64,000 bases of DNA from the human T2T-CHM13v2.0 reference genome, Homo sapiens. Below the pieces are notes generated by a model. It searched no databases, was not told the origin of the DNA, and worked only from the letters and a program-made list of their open reading frames with translations. The translations under genes and the position numbers were made by a program. The number at the start of each line of letters is the position of its first letter. The first letter of the stretch is position 1. This document shows, in pieces, positions 1-14,520 of this stretch. Location of the stretch: assembly GCF_009914755.1 (NCBI RefSeq), contig NC_060931.1. One strand, given 5' to 3'.

Positions 1-698
1 TTGGCTTTGTTGAGATGTGCACACAAACACTTAACATTTCATCCCAATTTTGACCACCCTATTGGTGCTAGATCAAGCTCTGAATCTCATTTTTTTTGCC
101 TATAATGAGAAATAAGGGTACACGATTATTCAAGTGAAGTTGTTAGGGCTTAATCATTGAGTAATGAAACATTCATTATTTGGTAGATACCTAAAATAAT
201 TCTGGCTTTTAAATGCGATTATACCTTGAAAGGTAGAATTAGAACGAGGAATAACCTTAATATAAAAAAATGTCCTAGTAGAACAACATGGTTTGCTAGG
301 AAGTTATTTACAGCCCAAATATAAGATGCTGCTTGTATGAGAAAGGGAAGAAGGCCTTTGGTTTCTAGAAATGGACATGCTAAACAGTGGGTAATAATGA
401 GATATAATTTTAAATGCGTGCAGCACTCTAGAGCACATTAATGCAGTTGCTGGAACCATGAGGTGATCTTTCCATTAAGTTCAGGTGTGTGTGTATTTGT
501 GTAAAGGAAGGTATTGGAAAGTGTTGAGGGGAGCCTCTCAGAATTTCAGAACTTAGAGTGGCAGCTGAAAAAACCCGGGGAAAGAAAGCACAGACAGTAC
601 AAGTTTGAAGGTAATTTAAAGATGATTTGTAGTTCTAAAAGGCTTTTAAACAGAACAATGAGTGGTATTTCCAAGGTTCGTTCTTTCCAGGTGCTTTC

Positions 699-782
699 TA
701 ACTAACCTGCACAATGTGCACATGTACCCTAAAACTTAAAGTGTAATAATAAAAAATAAATAAATAAATAAATAAATAAAAA
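699..782 (+). mobile_element. Severely 5'-truncated young L1PA (L1PA2-like) 3' end with (TAAA)n tail
   Basis: taactaacctgcacaatgtgcacatgtaccctaaaacttaaagt matches the L1PA terminal 3'UTR. Confidence 0.85.
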
Positions 783-1146
783 GAAAATTCAATAAAATAC
801 ATAATAAAAATGTATCATTAAAAGTCCAGAAAAAAAAAAAAGACTCCATGGAAAAAATTGGGTTGGTCTCTTACGGCAGGAGAAAACCTATGATAGTACT
901 TATATGTAGATTTACTTTCGCCAACAAAATTCAACAAAAACAAAGAAGACATCTCAGTATTTTATACTTTTAAAATTAAGAATGATGTCGACACATTAAT
1001 TTTCATTTACTATCCTTGACTCATAGATAACTTTTTAGGATATTTCTAGTCTGTAGTTTCAATGAGTTGTTTGCACATTGTTGTATTCTATTACAGATAA
1101 TATGCATGCTCAGAGGCATTTCCTCCCTTCTTTATCTTTTCCTTGA

Positions 1147-1470
<324 letters not shown>

Positions 1471-2099
1471 AAATTCAGTACTTTTCTGATTTTATGACTT
1501 AAAAGTTATGGTCTTCCCCAGGCCTGTGTCCATAAGCCCCTCTCACTATATAGATCTCTGGTCTTCCTCTCACAAATGCTAAGGCAGTTTTATTCAAAGC
1601 CCCACTTAGCTTTTCTCACCCCTTTATCTTTTCCAAAAGAGGGCTGCAAAAATTTCAACTTCTCTGCCGTCTGTATCATCTCACATTTCTATTCACAGTA
1701 GCCTCTTGGGCCCTGTTTTCTTTCTTTTCTCTTTTTCTAATAGCCTCTAGTTAGGGTGACTTGCAGATTTTGTGAAATTGTAGCTATTGCTGAATAGGTG
1801 ATTATGAGCAACTGTGAAGTTACTAAAACTCTGAGAAAGCAAAGGAAATTTGTCTCTGACTTGATATCATGGTTTGAACAACCTTTTCACCCATTTGTTT
1901 TAGGAAGAAACAGAGTAACATAATTTTTCAATCTTAATTATACTTATAAATTAAATAGAATGAAATGAAAATACTGTCATCACATTTATAAAAGTAGAAC
2001 AGAGTTTTGAGAAATAAATGTTTCAGTGTAATTTGATACTTTTCTAACATTTGAATGTTATTCATTGATGGGTATAGCCCTGTTCCTATTAAAAAAACC

Positions 2100-3085
2100 T
2101 TTTTTTTTAATTTTTAAAAATTGACAAATAAAAATTACATATGTTTGTAGTAGAGAGCATGATGTTTTGAAATATGTATACACTGTGGAATGGCTAAACC
2201 AAGCTAATTAACATATACTTCACCTCACATGCTTATCAGTTATTTGTGGTGAGAATACTTAGAATCTACCTTTTCATCAATTTTCAGGCATACAATACAT
2301 TGTTATTAACTGTAGTCACCATGTTGTGCAATGGGTTTCTTGAACTTACTTCTCTTGTCTAACTGAAGTATTGTATCCTTTGACCAACATCTTCTCAACC
2401 CGTCCTCTCACCCTGAGCCCCTGGTAACTACTGCTCTACTTTATGCTTCTATGAGTTTGACTTTCTTAGATTCTACATGTAAGGGAGATAATGCCAATAT
2501 TCATCTTTCTGTGTCTGGCTGATTTCACTTAACATAATGTCCTCCAGGTTCATATGTGTTGTTGCAAATGACAAGAGTTCCTTTTATTTTTGAGACAGGG
2601 TCGCACTCTGTTGTCCAGGCTGGAGTAAATGGTGCAGTCGGCTCACTGTAGCCTCGACTTACTGAGCTCAGGCGATCCTCCCACCTCAGTCTCTCTGCTA
2701 TCTGGGACCACAGATACTTTTTTGTGGAGATGGGTTTTCACCAGGTTGCCCAGGCTGGTTTCAAACCCCTGGGCTCAAGTGATCTACCCACCTCAGGCTC
2801 CCAAAGTGGTGGGATTACAGGTGTGAGCCACCATGCCCAAACAGATTTCCTTCTTTTTAAATGCTGAATGGTATTCCATTGTGCTTATACCACATTTTCT
2901 TTATCCATTCGTCTGTTGATGGACACTTACGCTGCAGTGATCATGGGAGTGCAGATATCTTTTTGACATATTGACTTCAATTCCTTTTGATATAGACCCT
3001 GTAGTGAGATTGTTGGATCATATGGTAGTTCTATTTTTTAATTTTTTGAGGAAACTCCATACTATTTTCCACAGTGGCTGTATTT
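2100..3085 (-). mobile_element. L1MA-type 3' end, interrupted by an Alu
   Basis: Typical L1MA 3'UTR sequence (ctgtggaatggctaaa, gtagtcaccatgttgtgcaat, atttcacttaacataatgtcctccaggttcat). Confidence 0.8.
2581..2840 (-). mobile_element. AluJ with internal deletion, nested in L1MA
   Basis: Old Alu features (gagacagggtc, ctcaagtgatc) with the linker region missing. Confidence 0.85.
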
Positions 3086-3390
3086 TCCATCTTTATTGAG
3101 GTATAGTTTACGTACAGTAAAATGCCATATTTTCAGAGTGCAGTGCAATGAGTTTTGGCAAAGGTATATATCACTGAATGTGTTACCATCACCCCAGAGC
3201 TCTCTCCTGCCTTTTTGCGGTCAGTTCTCTCTCACATCCTGCTCCAAGCAACTGCTGATTTGAATTCTGGCACTACTGATTAGTTTTCCCTATTCCGGAA
3301 CTTCGTACATTATTCCCTCTTTTGTGTCTAGTTTTTTTTGCTTGCCATAATGTTTTTGAGATTCTTCATTGTTTCTTCCTTTTTGTGGCT
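3086..3390 (-). mobile_element. Old L1M(E) 3' fragment
   Basis: ctttattgaggtatagtttacgtacagtaaaatg...atgagttttggcaaa motif. Confidence 0.6.
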
Positions 3391-3924
3391 GACTGACCCT
3401 ATCCCCCAAGTTCTAAAATAACATTTTTCATGACTGTGACTTTCTAATCATAAAGCAGAAGGCTCAGGGCAATTTAGTATTAAAAGTTCCTGTAGTTTCT
3501 TTGGTCTGTAGCTTTGTTACCTCGGTTTAGAGAATTTTGGTGTGGTCATTTTCTACACAGCCTGATGCTAATTTTTTATCCCCCACAAATTCTATTTCGC
3601 TTTTCCTTCCATGTAGTAAGCAAAAGTGAGAAGTGAGCTGATTACATTGCACATATGCTAGTGTGAAGTGACACAATTGTCTTTTTCCAATCAGATAGGA
3701 GTTTGCCAAGCTTTACTGACACCCTGTAAGTTTGTCCCTGACTCTTGATCAGGAGCCTAGTTGGGTGTTGTATAACATAAGATTTATTTTTAACTGTTTC
3801 CATAGTAACCGTTACACATAGAGGAAAAAGCTGAGAACTATAGTAGCAAGGTGATATAAGTAGGATATCAGAAATCAGATTCTAACAGATTTGAACTAAG
3901 ATTTAAAATGGAATGATTTAATAG

Positions 3925-4302
<378 letters not shown>

Positions 4303-4349
4303 TGAGAGATATGTTTAAAAGTCAAATAAAGCCACAAATGATGATAAAA

Positions 4350-6650
4350 GACTGGACTCTCCTACCTCATCCTACCCCGGTCCCAGTTCCAACATCTCAG
4401 AGATGCTGACTTTTACTCTTTTAGTTTTTCTTTTTTAGGTATTTCTATTTCTAATAGTATGCTTGTGCTGTGTTTTTTATTTTGAATGTTATATATTAAC
4501 TTCCAACTATGGAAGATGAGGACTTAGCCCCCTTCCCAATCTCTCCCCATCCCACTACATCCTCTTCCTTCATCCTCTCTATATAGTTGTATTCTAGTTT
4601 TGGTTAAATAGATGATCAGTGCTTACCTTTTTATAACTACACTAATATGTACATCTAAGCCATACAGCATACTGTGATTATGTTTTGTGCCATTGCGTTG
4701 TTGTTTTCCTGGAGTTACTGATTGGATAGTCCTGTTGCCTTTCTTCTGTATTGTATTTCCTGGATCCCTTGTTTCTTCTCTTCTGTTTTCTCTTGTAGTG
4801 GTGGAACACATTCTTCAGTAGTTTGCTGAGATATGGTGCATATAAAATTGAGTTTTTGAGAGCTTGCAAACCTGAAAATATCTTTATTCTTTCCTCATAC
4901 TTGATTGATAGTTCTTCTGGGAAATACTTATCTCTTAAAATTTTGAAGGTATATCATTCCTTTGTCTTCTAGCTTTTAATGTTGCTGCTGAGAGAAATCC
5001 GATGTCATTCTGATTCACAAGGCTTTGTATAGGTCCTGTTTTTTCCTTTTTTTCTTTGACAGCTTTTATGATTGTCTCTTTATCCCTTGTGTTCTTACAT
5101 GTCAGAATAGTGTGTCTTGGCTTGGGTCTTTTTGACTTCCATTTTCTTGAGCACTTGGTGTGCCTTTTCAATCTGAAAACTCATGTTTTGGCATGTTCTG
5201 GCCTTTTTTTTCTTTCTTCTTCTTTTTTGTTTTTTTTTTCAAAAGAGCTGGAGTCTTGCTTTTGTTGTCCAGGCTGGATGCAGTGGCACTATCATGCCTC
5301 TCTGCAGTCTCAACCTCCTGGGCTCCAGTAATCCTACTGACTCAGCCTCTTGAATAGTTGGGACTACAGGCATGTGCCACTATACCCGGCTAATTTTTTA
5401 ATTTATGGTGGAGACAGTGTCTCCCTGTGTTGCCAAGGTTGGTCTTGAACTCCTGAGCTCCAGCAGCCCTCCACCTTGGCCTCCCAAAGTACTAGGATTA
5501 TAGTAAGACACTGCACTGAGCAGGCAGTTTTTTAAAAAAATTATTTAATTATTTTTTAACTATTTTTCTCTACTCCATTTGTTTCGCTTTTCCTTCCTTG
5601 GAACTCCTATCTGGTAAGTGTTGGACCTTTTGGATCAATCCTCTTGCTTTGTTTTACCTCCTATCTCATTTTTTGGTGTTTTCCTGTTTGGAGATTTCCT
5701 CAAGGATACCTTCTAACCTTTCTATTGGAGTTTTAAAATTTCTATTTTAATTTCTAATAGTTGTTTTTCATTTCTTGAAAATGTTTATATCGTCCTGTCC
5801 TTGGTTAATTGATGTAATAGCTTCTGTTATTTTTCCTAAGGATGTTAATTATAGTTTAACAAAATTCTGTTTCCTGCATAGTTTCTGTTCCCCCGTGTCC
5901 TGCTTCAGTAATTTTCTCTGTTTTGATGCCTGCCATTCCATTCTGCAGGCTTTCTGTGCATGTCTGATGATCCTTGGCTAACCATTTGTGTGTAAGAGGC
6001 AGGCACTACAAACCTGATTGGAAGCTCAGAACATGTTATGGAGCTTGTCCATAATGATTGGGTAGGGACTCAGCAGTTTCTTCAGTGAAACCTCAAATGT
6101 CACTATCTGTATAGGTCTTCACTTGGACCAGTTCACTTTCCCAAGGGAGAAGCCATATGTCTCTTGTGTTGGGGTGAAAAGTCAAGCTGTCAGTGTTTTG
6201 GAGCCTAACTATTGACGGAGACCGAGGGTCCATGGGGGCTTTGGATCGTACTGTTTAATATGTCCCACTTTGACTTCATCCTCCTGTTTTCTGTGCAGTG
6301 TCTCATGCCTCCCTCTCAACCATGCCTGGCATTTCCTTGTCTAGATCCTGTCCAATTCAGTTGCTCCCAATTTGGCCAATGCTGTGGGGGAGGAAATTAC
6401 CCATGTGTGTGGCTTGATGGGGATTTGGGGCTCAGAATACTCCTATAGAAACTTTTAACTCAGTACCCCTGCCATTAGTATACTTGGTGCCTCCTTTTTG
6501 GTGTTAGTAAATCCTACTCCAGGCTAAGGTTTTCAGATTTCTCTGGCCTGCTAATTTAGTTGCCTACTGTCCATCTTCTTGCTAGCTTCCACAGTTTTGT
6601 TACCATCCCTTATTTGCTGTTCTTCCTCTCTGTTCTCTCTTTATGCTTCA
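4350..6650 (-). mobile_element. Ancient L1M/HAL1-like ORF1-region remnant, interrupted by an Alu
   Basis: ORF 4935-5171(-) contains RPKPRHTILTCKNTRDKETIIKAVKEKK, resembling L1 ORF1p. Boundaries are approximate. Confidence 0.55.
5205..5521 (-). mobile_element. AluJ
   Basis: Diverged Alu dimer with a T-rich tail. Confidence 0.85.
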
Positions 6651-6757
6651 AAAAATTTCTTTGGTATTACCTTGGTGGGATTGCAGGAAGGAGTAGAAAT
6701 AATTGGAATCATCTTCATCAGATTTACAAAGAGGTCTATGACCCCCCAAATTAATAA

Positions 6758-7077
<320 letters not shown>

Positions 7078-7339
7078 TACTATACTTATTAAGAGAGGTT
7101 ACAAGGTCTTCTTATTAAAGACTTTTTTTTAACATGGGAGACTTTCATAGAAGCATGATTTAGGTGTTGTCATGAAGTCGTAGGAAGGGATTAGATGCTT
7201 TCTCAAGAAATCTTTTAATCTTAGCATTTTGTCCTCATATTTTCCGTACTTGTTGGATGAATGTTGAAATTTAGTTTTGTAATCACCGGAGGCATAGTGT
7301 CAGTGAATATTTTCATCACCACACCAAGTCTTGTAGAAG

Positions 7340-7560
7340 AACAATACAGATTTTCAGTTACCAAAAATACGGTAGACTCTTTGCACTGATGGACATGTCC
7401 CATGTATTGATGAAGGTTTGGATTATACAGGTGGGCGCATTTGCCAAAACTTACCACGTGGTACACTTGAGATGCATTCATGGGTAAATTTTACCTCAAA
7501 CAGAAGCCAGAAACAAAACTGTAAAGAAATATTAAACTCAAATTTAAATAAAAATACATG
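7340..7560 (+). mobile_element. L1MC/ME 3'UTR fragment
   Basis: catttgccaaaact...gtacacttgagat...taaattttacctcaaa motif. Confidence 0.55.
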
Positions 7561-8386
7561 TGAGGACTATCAAAAATATATGAAAGTAGTTCTGTGAATT
7601 TTGAAAGATCATGGTTTTTAAAATTTTTCCATGTTGAAAAAATGGAAAATTTTCAATTAGGGGAGCAAATAAAAACTTATTCCTATCACATGCATCACAG
7701 CTACCTCCTCCATTCTTCTCCTCTCCCTTTTATTTTGTCATGTTTTGCCTATGCTAGTCACTATACTATGCAGATCTACAGGTGGTGGAGATTGTCTTAT
7801 TTAATATCTAATATTCAGAATGCAAGGCAAAAAAGCCTTGGTATGTCCTTTTATTTTCAGATTATCTCTGGATGTGCCTACTTTCTTTTGGAAGCTGGGG
7901 TTACTTTTATTTTAGTTAGGTTGAGCACTCTGTTTCTTGGTTTTAAACTTTAGCTGGAGTTCTAGAGCTAGAAGCTTGGACCAAGTGACCTATCAGCTGG
8001 ATAGGAAATTTGCAAGCATTGGGGAAGGTATAATAGCATGGACTCTCACATTGATCATTCTCCTTTTAGATATATTAATATTTATGAGGTACTTCATATT
8101 TTCAGAGTGCTTTCTCTTTAGTAATGTTTTCTAGATTCACTCAAAGGTAGGTTGGGAGTAGTTTTCTCATTTCATGGGAGTGAAATTAGAGAGAGGTGGA
8201 GATGTGCCCAAGTGAGTCTATGTCAGAACCAGAATTAGAATTTTGGAGGCAGACCAAGGAGAATAAGTGGCAGTGGGAATTAGGAACTGCTGCATACAGT
8301 AGTACCAGTGAAGACTACTAACCAGATTATAGGTTTAGACTGGCAAGACTTTGGACTGACCCAAGACCGAATCTGTTTTATTGTAG

Positions 8387-8581
8387 GTAAAAGAGAACCT
8401 GCTTTCATGCAAGATGCTGCTGCACTGCAAACGGGATGAGCTTCGGAAACTGTGGATTGAAGGAATTGAGCATAAGCATGTCCTGAACTTGTTGGATGAA
8501 ATTGAGAATATCAAGCAAGTGCCTCAAAAGCTGGAACAGTGCATGGCCAGCAAGCACTATCTCAGTGCCACTGACATGTTG
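8387..8581 (+). CDS. EXOC4: EXOC4/Sec8 internal coding exon (probably exon 3), 195 bp, phase 0-0
   Basis: Acceptor ttttattgtAG at 8385-86, CTGAC branch-like motif at 8356-60, donor GTAAGA at 8582. Translates as [65 protein letters not shown], which I recognise as the Sec8 N-terminal region. Confidence 0.96.
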
Positions 8582-9683
8582 GTAAGAGAACAGCCTGTGC
8601 TAAGGGTCATTTTTGTTAAGATGTAAAAGCACTCTCTTTTATTCTCTCTGAATCCTGTAATGCATGTAGCACATTACAAACTGCCCTCTTGGGATTCATG
8701 AGCCCTTGAAGGTGAAGCCTGGCTATTTCTCTAATTCCAGTGTTTGAAATGGTAGGTAATTATTATTTATGTATTATCTGTCTTTGTAACAATGGCAAGA
8801 AATATAATAGTAAGAAACCAGTACTTAAATCAGGTTAGAATGGTAATGAGAGGTGTTTTTTAGCTTCAGAGGAAGATAGTTAATGAATCCCATTTTAAAC
8901 AATGAAATCTACATGAGACAGAACTTCTGAAGATTTATAGACTAGTGTTCCACACATTTTTTGAAGGAATTTTTACATTAGGGCTTTGTTCTTTTCCTTG
9001 AAATTGATAAGAAATAAAATTTTGGGAGACTAATACTGGAAGCAACTTTATTGACCAAGAGTACTCCACAATCTAGCCTTTAGCCTCCATCTTAGTCCAT
9101 TGTGTGTGCTCCTTTTTGAATTGCTGAAAGTTCCCAGAAGGATGCAATTGGTGGTTCATGTGGCTGAGCGTCAAGAAGATGAATAAAAAGTAGAAATACA
9201 GAGTTTGCTCCCTAATAATCCTCTTTCCCAAGGCCTGTGGCTCTTAGAGAGGGCTGCTCTTTCTCCCTTCCCTTTTACCCACCCAGTCCCACTTCCATCT
9301 CATTCAGAGTTGGTTAAGGAAGCTCTCTATAGGAGCTCTGAGCAGCAGATGGGCTGTATTTGAATTGTTGTTTTTTCCTTCCCCACAGTAGGTGAAAGTC
9401 CTTTACCTTTGTTTCACCAAATTAGATTGGCTTTAACACTGGAAAAAACACTGAGGGGAATTGGTAGGGACACAGATTAAATGCTCTAAGTGGTTCTAAT
9501 TCATTCAGACTTCCAAGAAGAATTTTGCTAAAAGTCCTTCATAAGAAGCTTTTTAAAGGAAATTTGGTAACCAAGGAGTGAGAAGTGCCATGATATTCTA
9601 TCAGATATTAAAACCTGGTTATGTGATAAGACTGAATGGTCAATTTCCACAGTGGAAGGAGATTAATAATGGTTGGCCCTTGG

Positions 9684-9790
9684 CTGGGAGTTTAAGGCTG
9701 CAGTGAGTCATGATCAGGTCACTGTACTCCAGCCTGGGCGATAGAGCAAGACTCTGTCTCAAAAAGAACCCCAATAAACAACAAAAAAAG
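9684..9790 (+). mobile_element. Alu right-arm fragment (J/FRAM-like)
   Basis: gggagtttaaggctgcagtgagtcatgatc...actctgtctc followed by an A-rich tail. Confidence 0.8.
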
Positions 9791-10853
9791 ATTGACTCTT
9801 GGGAATGACAAAAGAATTGGTTATTTTCAGCATCTTATTCAAAGTGGCAGCTTCTTTAATAATAATGACTATAGGGTGTCTGATAGAAAAAAATTACTTT
9901 TCACCTTTAGTGTTGATTTATGCATTATGAATGCATACTTGTCCTATATTCTCAAGATTCAGCAATCAGAATAGATAAGCAAGTATACATTTGTGTAGCA
10001 AATATACATCTATTTGAATCATGATTTTTTGGAGTGGGCTTGCTTTTAAGTAAGTGCCACAGATTAAAATAGGTTGTTAGAATTTATTTCTGTGTTAATT
10101 ATGTTCATATTAGGATTTCAGATTTTTGTGTTACGGTCTTTGTTCTTAAGGGCTAATTTATTTACTTAAGGGCTAATCAATAATGAATACTGTCCCTTTT
10201 TTTCTGACATATTTTCCTCAAGACTCATTAAATAACTTCTTTAAATTCTTGGTTGTAAGTTACAGAAATTCAACTCTAGCTAGCTTAAGTAAAAATAATT
10301 GTTTGACTCATGTAACCAGTCTGCCAAAGGAATAGGCATGTATGTGGAATGTCACCTGTGTGTTTTCTCTGCATGCCCTCTTCATTGTTCTGCTGAAGAC
10401 TGGTCTCTTCATGTGTGAGGGAGGAGGTTGGGTATTGAGGGAAAACAGGGGGCATAGGCTATGTCTACATCTTTCCACCTTTACAGAAGAAAATAATCTT
10501 TTTTTTTTTCGTAATTCAGAAATCTAGGGTTAGGAGCTAGATTGAGCCAGGTTGGGTATGATAATCATCAATAAAACTATCTGGTTGGGGCAGGGGGCGT
10601 GGTATAGGGAGGAAGAACAGTCATGTCCAGAAAAGAGTGAGTTTGTAAGACACATTTTCCGGAGGTTTTGTTTCGTTTTCTGTTTGGTTGTTTATATATT
10701 CTAGATATTAATTCTTCTTGTCTGTTAGATATCTTCTCCCAATTGGGGATTTGTCTTTTTCCTTTGTTTATAGTGTCTTTGTTATAAAGAAATTAAAAAT
10801 CGTAATGCAAAACAATTTCTCAATTTCTCAGTATTTTTTGTTATGTGATTTTT

Positions 10854-11147
<294 letters not shown>

Positions 11148-11526
11148 TGTTATGTGATTTTTGATGCAAGAAAATTTTTTTTCCATCCCAGTGTTCTAAG
11201 AGAATCTCCTATGTTTTCTTCTTTAACCCGTCGAAAGTCCATTTTTATATATGGTATTAACTGAGGATCTAATTTTATCTTTCTTCTATATAGTCTGTTG
11301 GCTCAGGCTGTTTATTGAATCCTTTTTCTACTGATTCATGATGCTATTTTGGTCACACGGCAACTTATCACATATGCATGGATCTGTTTCTGAGCTCTTT
11401 ATTTTGTTTAATGGTGTTATTTGTACCTGCACCCAAACCATGCTGTTTTAACTCCTGTAACTTTATAATACATCTTGATAGGAGGTGAAGAGATTCTCTC
11501 ATCTTGCTATTCAAAATTGTCTTTGT

Positions 11527-11731
11527 GGCCAGGCATGGTGGCCCACGCCTGTAATCCCAGCACTTTGGGAGGCTGAGGTGGGCAGATCACGTGAGGTCAG
11601 GAGATTGACACCATCCTGGCCAACATGGTGAAACTCCATCTCTACTAAAAATACAAAATTAGATGGGTGTGGTGGTGCATGCCTGTAATCCCAGCTAGCT
11701 CAGAGGCTGAGGCTGGAGAATCACTTGAACC
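11527..11731 (+). mobile_element. AluS, 3'-truncated
   Basis: Starts at ggccaggcatggtgg and stops abruptly after tcacttgaacc, with no tail. Confidence 0.88.
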
Positions 11732-12469
11732 TTCAATAGCTAATTGATTGAATTTAAGAGAATTATCTTTGCAATGTTGTGTTCTTATCTGTGAACCTAA
11801 TATTCCTTTCATTTATTAAAATCTTCATTTGTGTCCTTTGATAATGCTTAGCAATATATATAGTCCTTAGAGGTATCATATGTATTTTGTTAGATTTATT
11901 TCTGGGTATTTCATTTTTTTGTTGTTGTCTTTTAAAACAGTAGCTATTTATTTATTAAGGTTTCTAGTTACTGGTTGCTGGTGCATAAGGATGTGATGTA
12001 TTTTTCTTTTTTAATTGACCTTGTATTTCCCTGAACTGATTCCCAATACTGTCTGCCTGGAAAGTGATGACTTCTTTTTTAAGACCTGGCTCAAATTTCA
12101 TCAACTCTCTGAATGTCCCAGATATTCAGATAGCTAGGTGCTTTTCTTTATGTTTCCATAAGCTCATATGTTTCATTTTAATATAATTCCTTTTGTTTGT
12201 GTGGTAGGTCATTGAGGATAGTGGTTGTGTCTTACCTATTTTTGTCTGCCCTGTTCCCAGCATAGTGTAGCTCATACAGTCAGAGTTCACAAATCATTAG
12301 CTAAATGGGTGACTATGTGGAAGACTGTAATACCACTACAGAGAGAAAAAGGTATTTCTTTTGTGGGAGCTTTGTTCTGTTTTTTCTTCTCTGGTTATTT
12401 ATTTGTTTATTTATTTCTTAATGGCAAGGTTCTCTAGTGTCTAACCTTCCCTTTTCGTAGTAATTAAAT

Positions 12470-12595
12470 GAATGACAATGATAACAATAGCTAATATGTA
12501 TTGAGCACTTACTATGTCCTGGTACTATTTGAAATATGTTACATTTGTTAGCTTATTTCTTTCAACAACTCCACTTCTGATATTACCATTTTATA
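12470..12595 (-). mobile_element. MIR fragment
   Basis: aatagctaatatgtattgagcacttactatgtcc...ccattttata. Confidence 0.6.
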
Positions 12596-14299
12596 ACTTT
12601 GCATGTTCTGAGGAGTTGGCATATCCCAATAAACAATGATTTGTATATCCCAATATGCAAAAATTTCGTGGAGGTAGGATTTAAAGTGCACTTAAAAGGT
12701 TGGAGATATCTTCAACTTGGTCTTTTGTATATAAGATTGAGTAGTAAGCTCTATAATTGCTCTTTCATTGGACTTCACATGAAAAACAATCACATTTTCT
12801 TTCTCCATGGTTATGTACTGTTAGAAGTAAAATCTAAGGCATCTCAAGGGTCCAAATCGAAATCTTTGCTAAAAGACATCAGAGGAAAGTGAAGACAAAA
12901 CAATCTAGTCCTTCAAAACCCCCTGATTTCCTTGGATTTGTTTGTCAGAAGATTTTGCATTTCTATTTTAAGGCAGATGCAGATGCTTAGTAATTTAATC
13001 CCTACTCAGAATAGATTAATAAATCCAGAGTAAATAACTCCATGGTGACCCATTGCTCTTGGCAGCTCCTGCTATTCCTACTGCACCATCAGACTGGTCT
13101 GGTAGCTATAGGCTTGGCTTTTAGGTGAGATATTTGTTTCTTCTTTTGATATGATAACCGAGTATTGCATAAAATAATTAAATTGTCATGACAGGGAATG
13201 TCTGCAAATAGGTCTGGCCTTTTGTTTCTTTCTTCAAGGTAAACAGCTGCTGTTGGCTTATGAAAAGCTAAAAATGATCCAACAAGAAGCCTGTATCCGT
13301 CACATTGAAATCAGAGACTTGATTAATATTGTAGCCTGTAGCTTTGTGATATGTACGGTTTAAATTAGACCTTTGCAGTCATTATGCTGGGTTGATGCAA
13401 GCACATTAATGACATAATTTCTGGTTGCAGCATCACATTTCTGCAGTCTGTCCTTTGTATTCCACTCACATTAATTGAAGTAATTTTGCCAGTGAAGCGT
13501 GTTTCAAACCTCTGCATTTAAATTGAAATTTTAATTCCCTTATTGTCTTGAAAAGACGGCTGAAGATGCCTTGTTACAGGTTTCATTATCACTCAAAACA
13601 CTCCAGCTGCTGGTTCTAATGTACAAAGAGTGATTAATTCTGGGAAGAATTATTAATATAAGAATAGCAGCTTCTTCCCAGTGGCATGAGCCAACCAGGA
13701 AGGTATTTCATGATAGTTAATATTTTCATAAACTTTTTTTAAGGGAAAATGTGTGTAGAAGTCTGCATCAAACTAAAATTGCACAGATGAGCTTTGAAAA
13801 CCACTTACACAAGTTCTGATTTATCATCCCATAGAAGTCAATTCATAATTGCATTCAATCAGTGGAAACCAAGCCAGTGCAAATAGTTTTGAAGCACTTT
13901 AGCTGACAGTCACAAGGCTTGTGACTAAAATAATTTCATTTCTAAGCCTTCCTGAGATTGTAGAGATTTTGAATGTCTCTTAATCATTTTGTCTGTCTTT
14001 ATTTATATGCCTTTTAAAAAGAATCCATAGCTGTATAGTCAGATAAGGGTTATTATGATAATTATAATAACAACTTATATTTATATATCTGCCTTCTTCC
14101 CAGAGGATCCCAGAGTGCTTTGCTGAGAGAATGGTGTAATGAAATTATTTCACTTACACTGTGTAAATGTGGCCATATCTGGGATAAAGAAATTAGGGCA
14201 GCTATTTAATTGAATAGTTTTCTAAGATCTTATGTAATAAAATAAATATATTTGTAGTATTTTTAGTTAACAAGATCCTTTGGAATTGGATAACATGGT

Positions 14300-14520
14300 G
14301 GGTTGTGAATGTCAGCATGGGTCTTAATTTGGGTTAGGTCGTCTGATGCTTGAATCCCAGCTTTGACTCTTAGTAGCTGGATGACTTATGGTTAGTAAAT
14401 TATCTTTGCTGAAAGCTGGAGTTAAGAATAATATGTATCTCCAAGGGTTGTCGAATGGATTAAGTGAGATATTAAACTGTGTACATAAAGTATATGCAGT
14501 ATAAAGTTTTTGAAATGTTA
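14300..14520 (+). mobile_element. MIR fragment
   Basis: ttgaatcccagctttgactcttagtagctg...gttgtcgaatggattaagtgagat. Confidence 0.6.
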
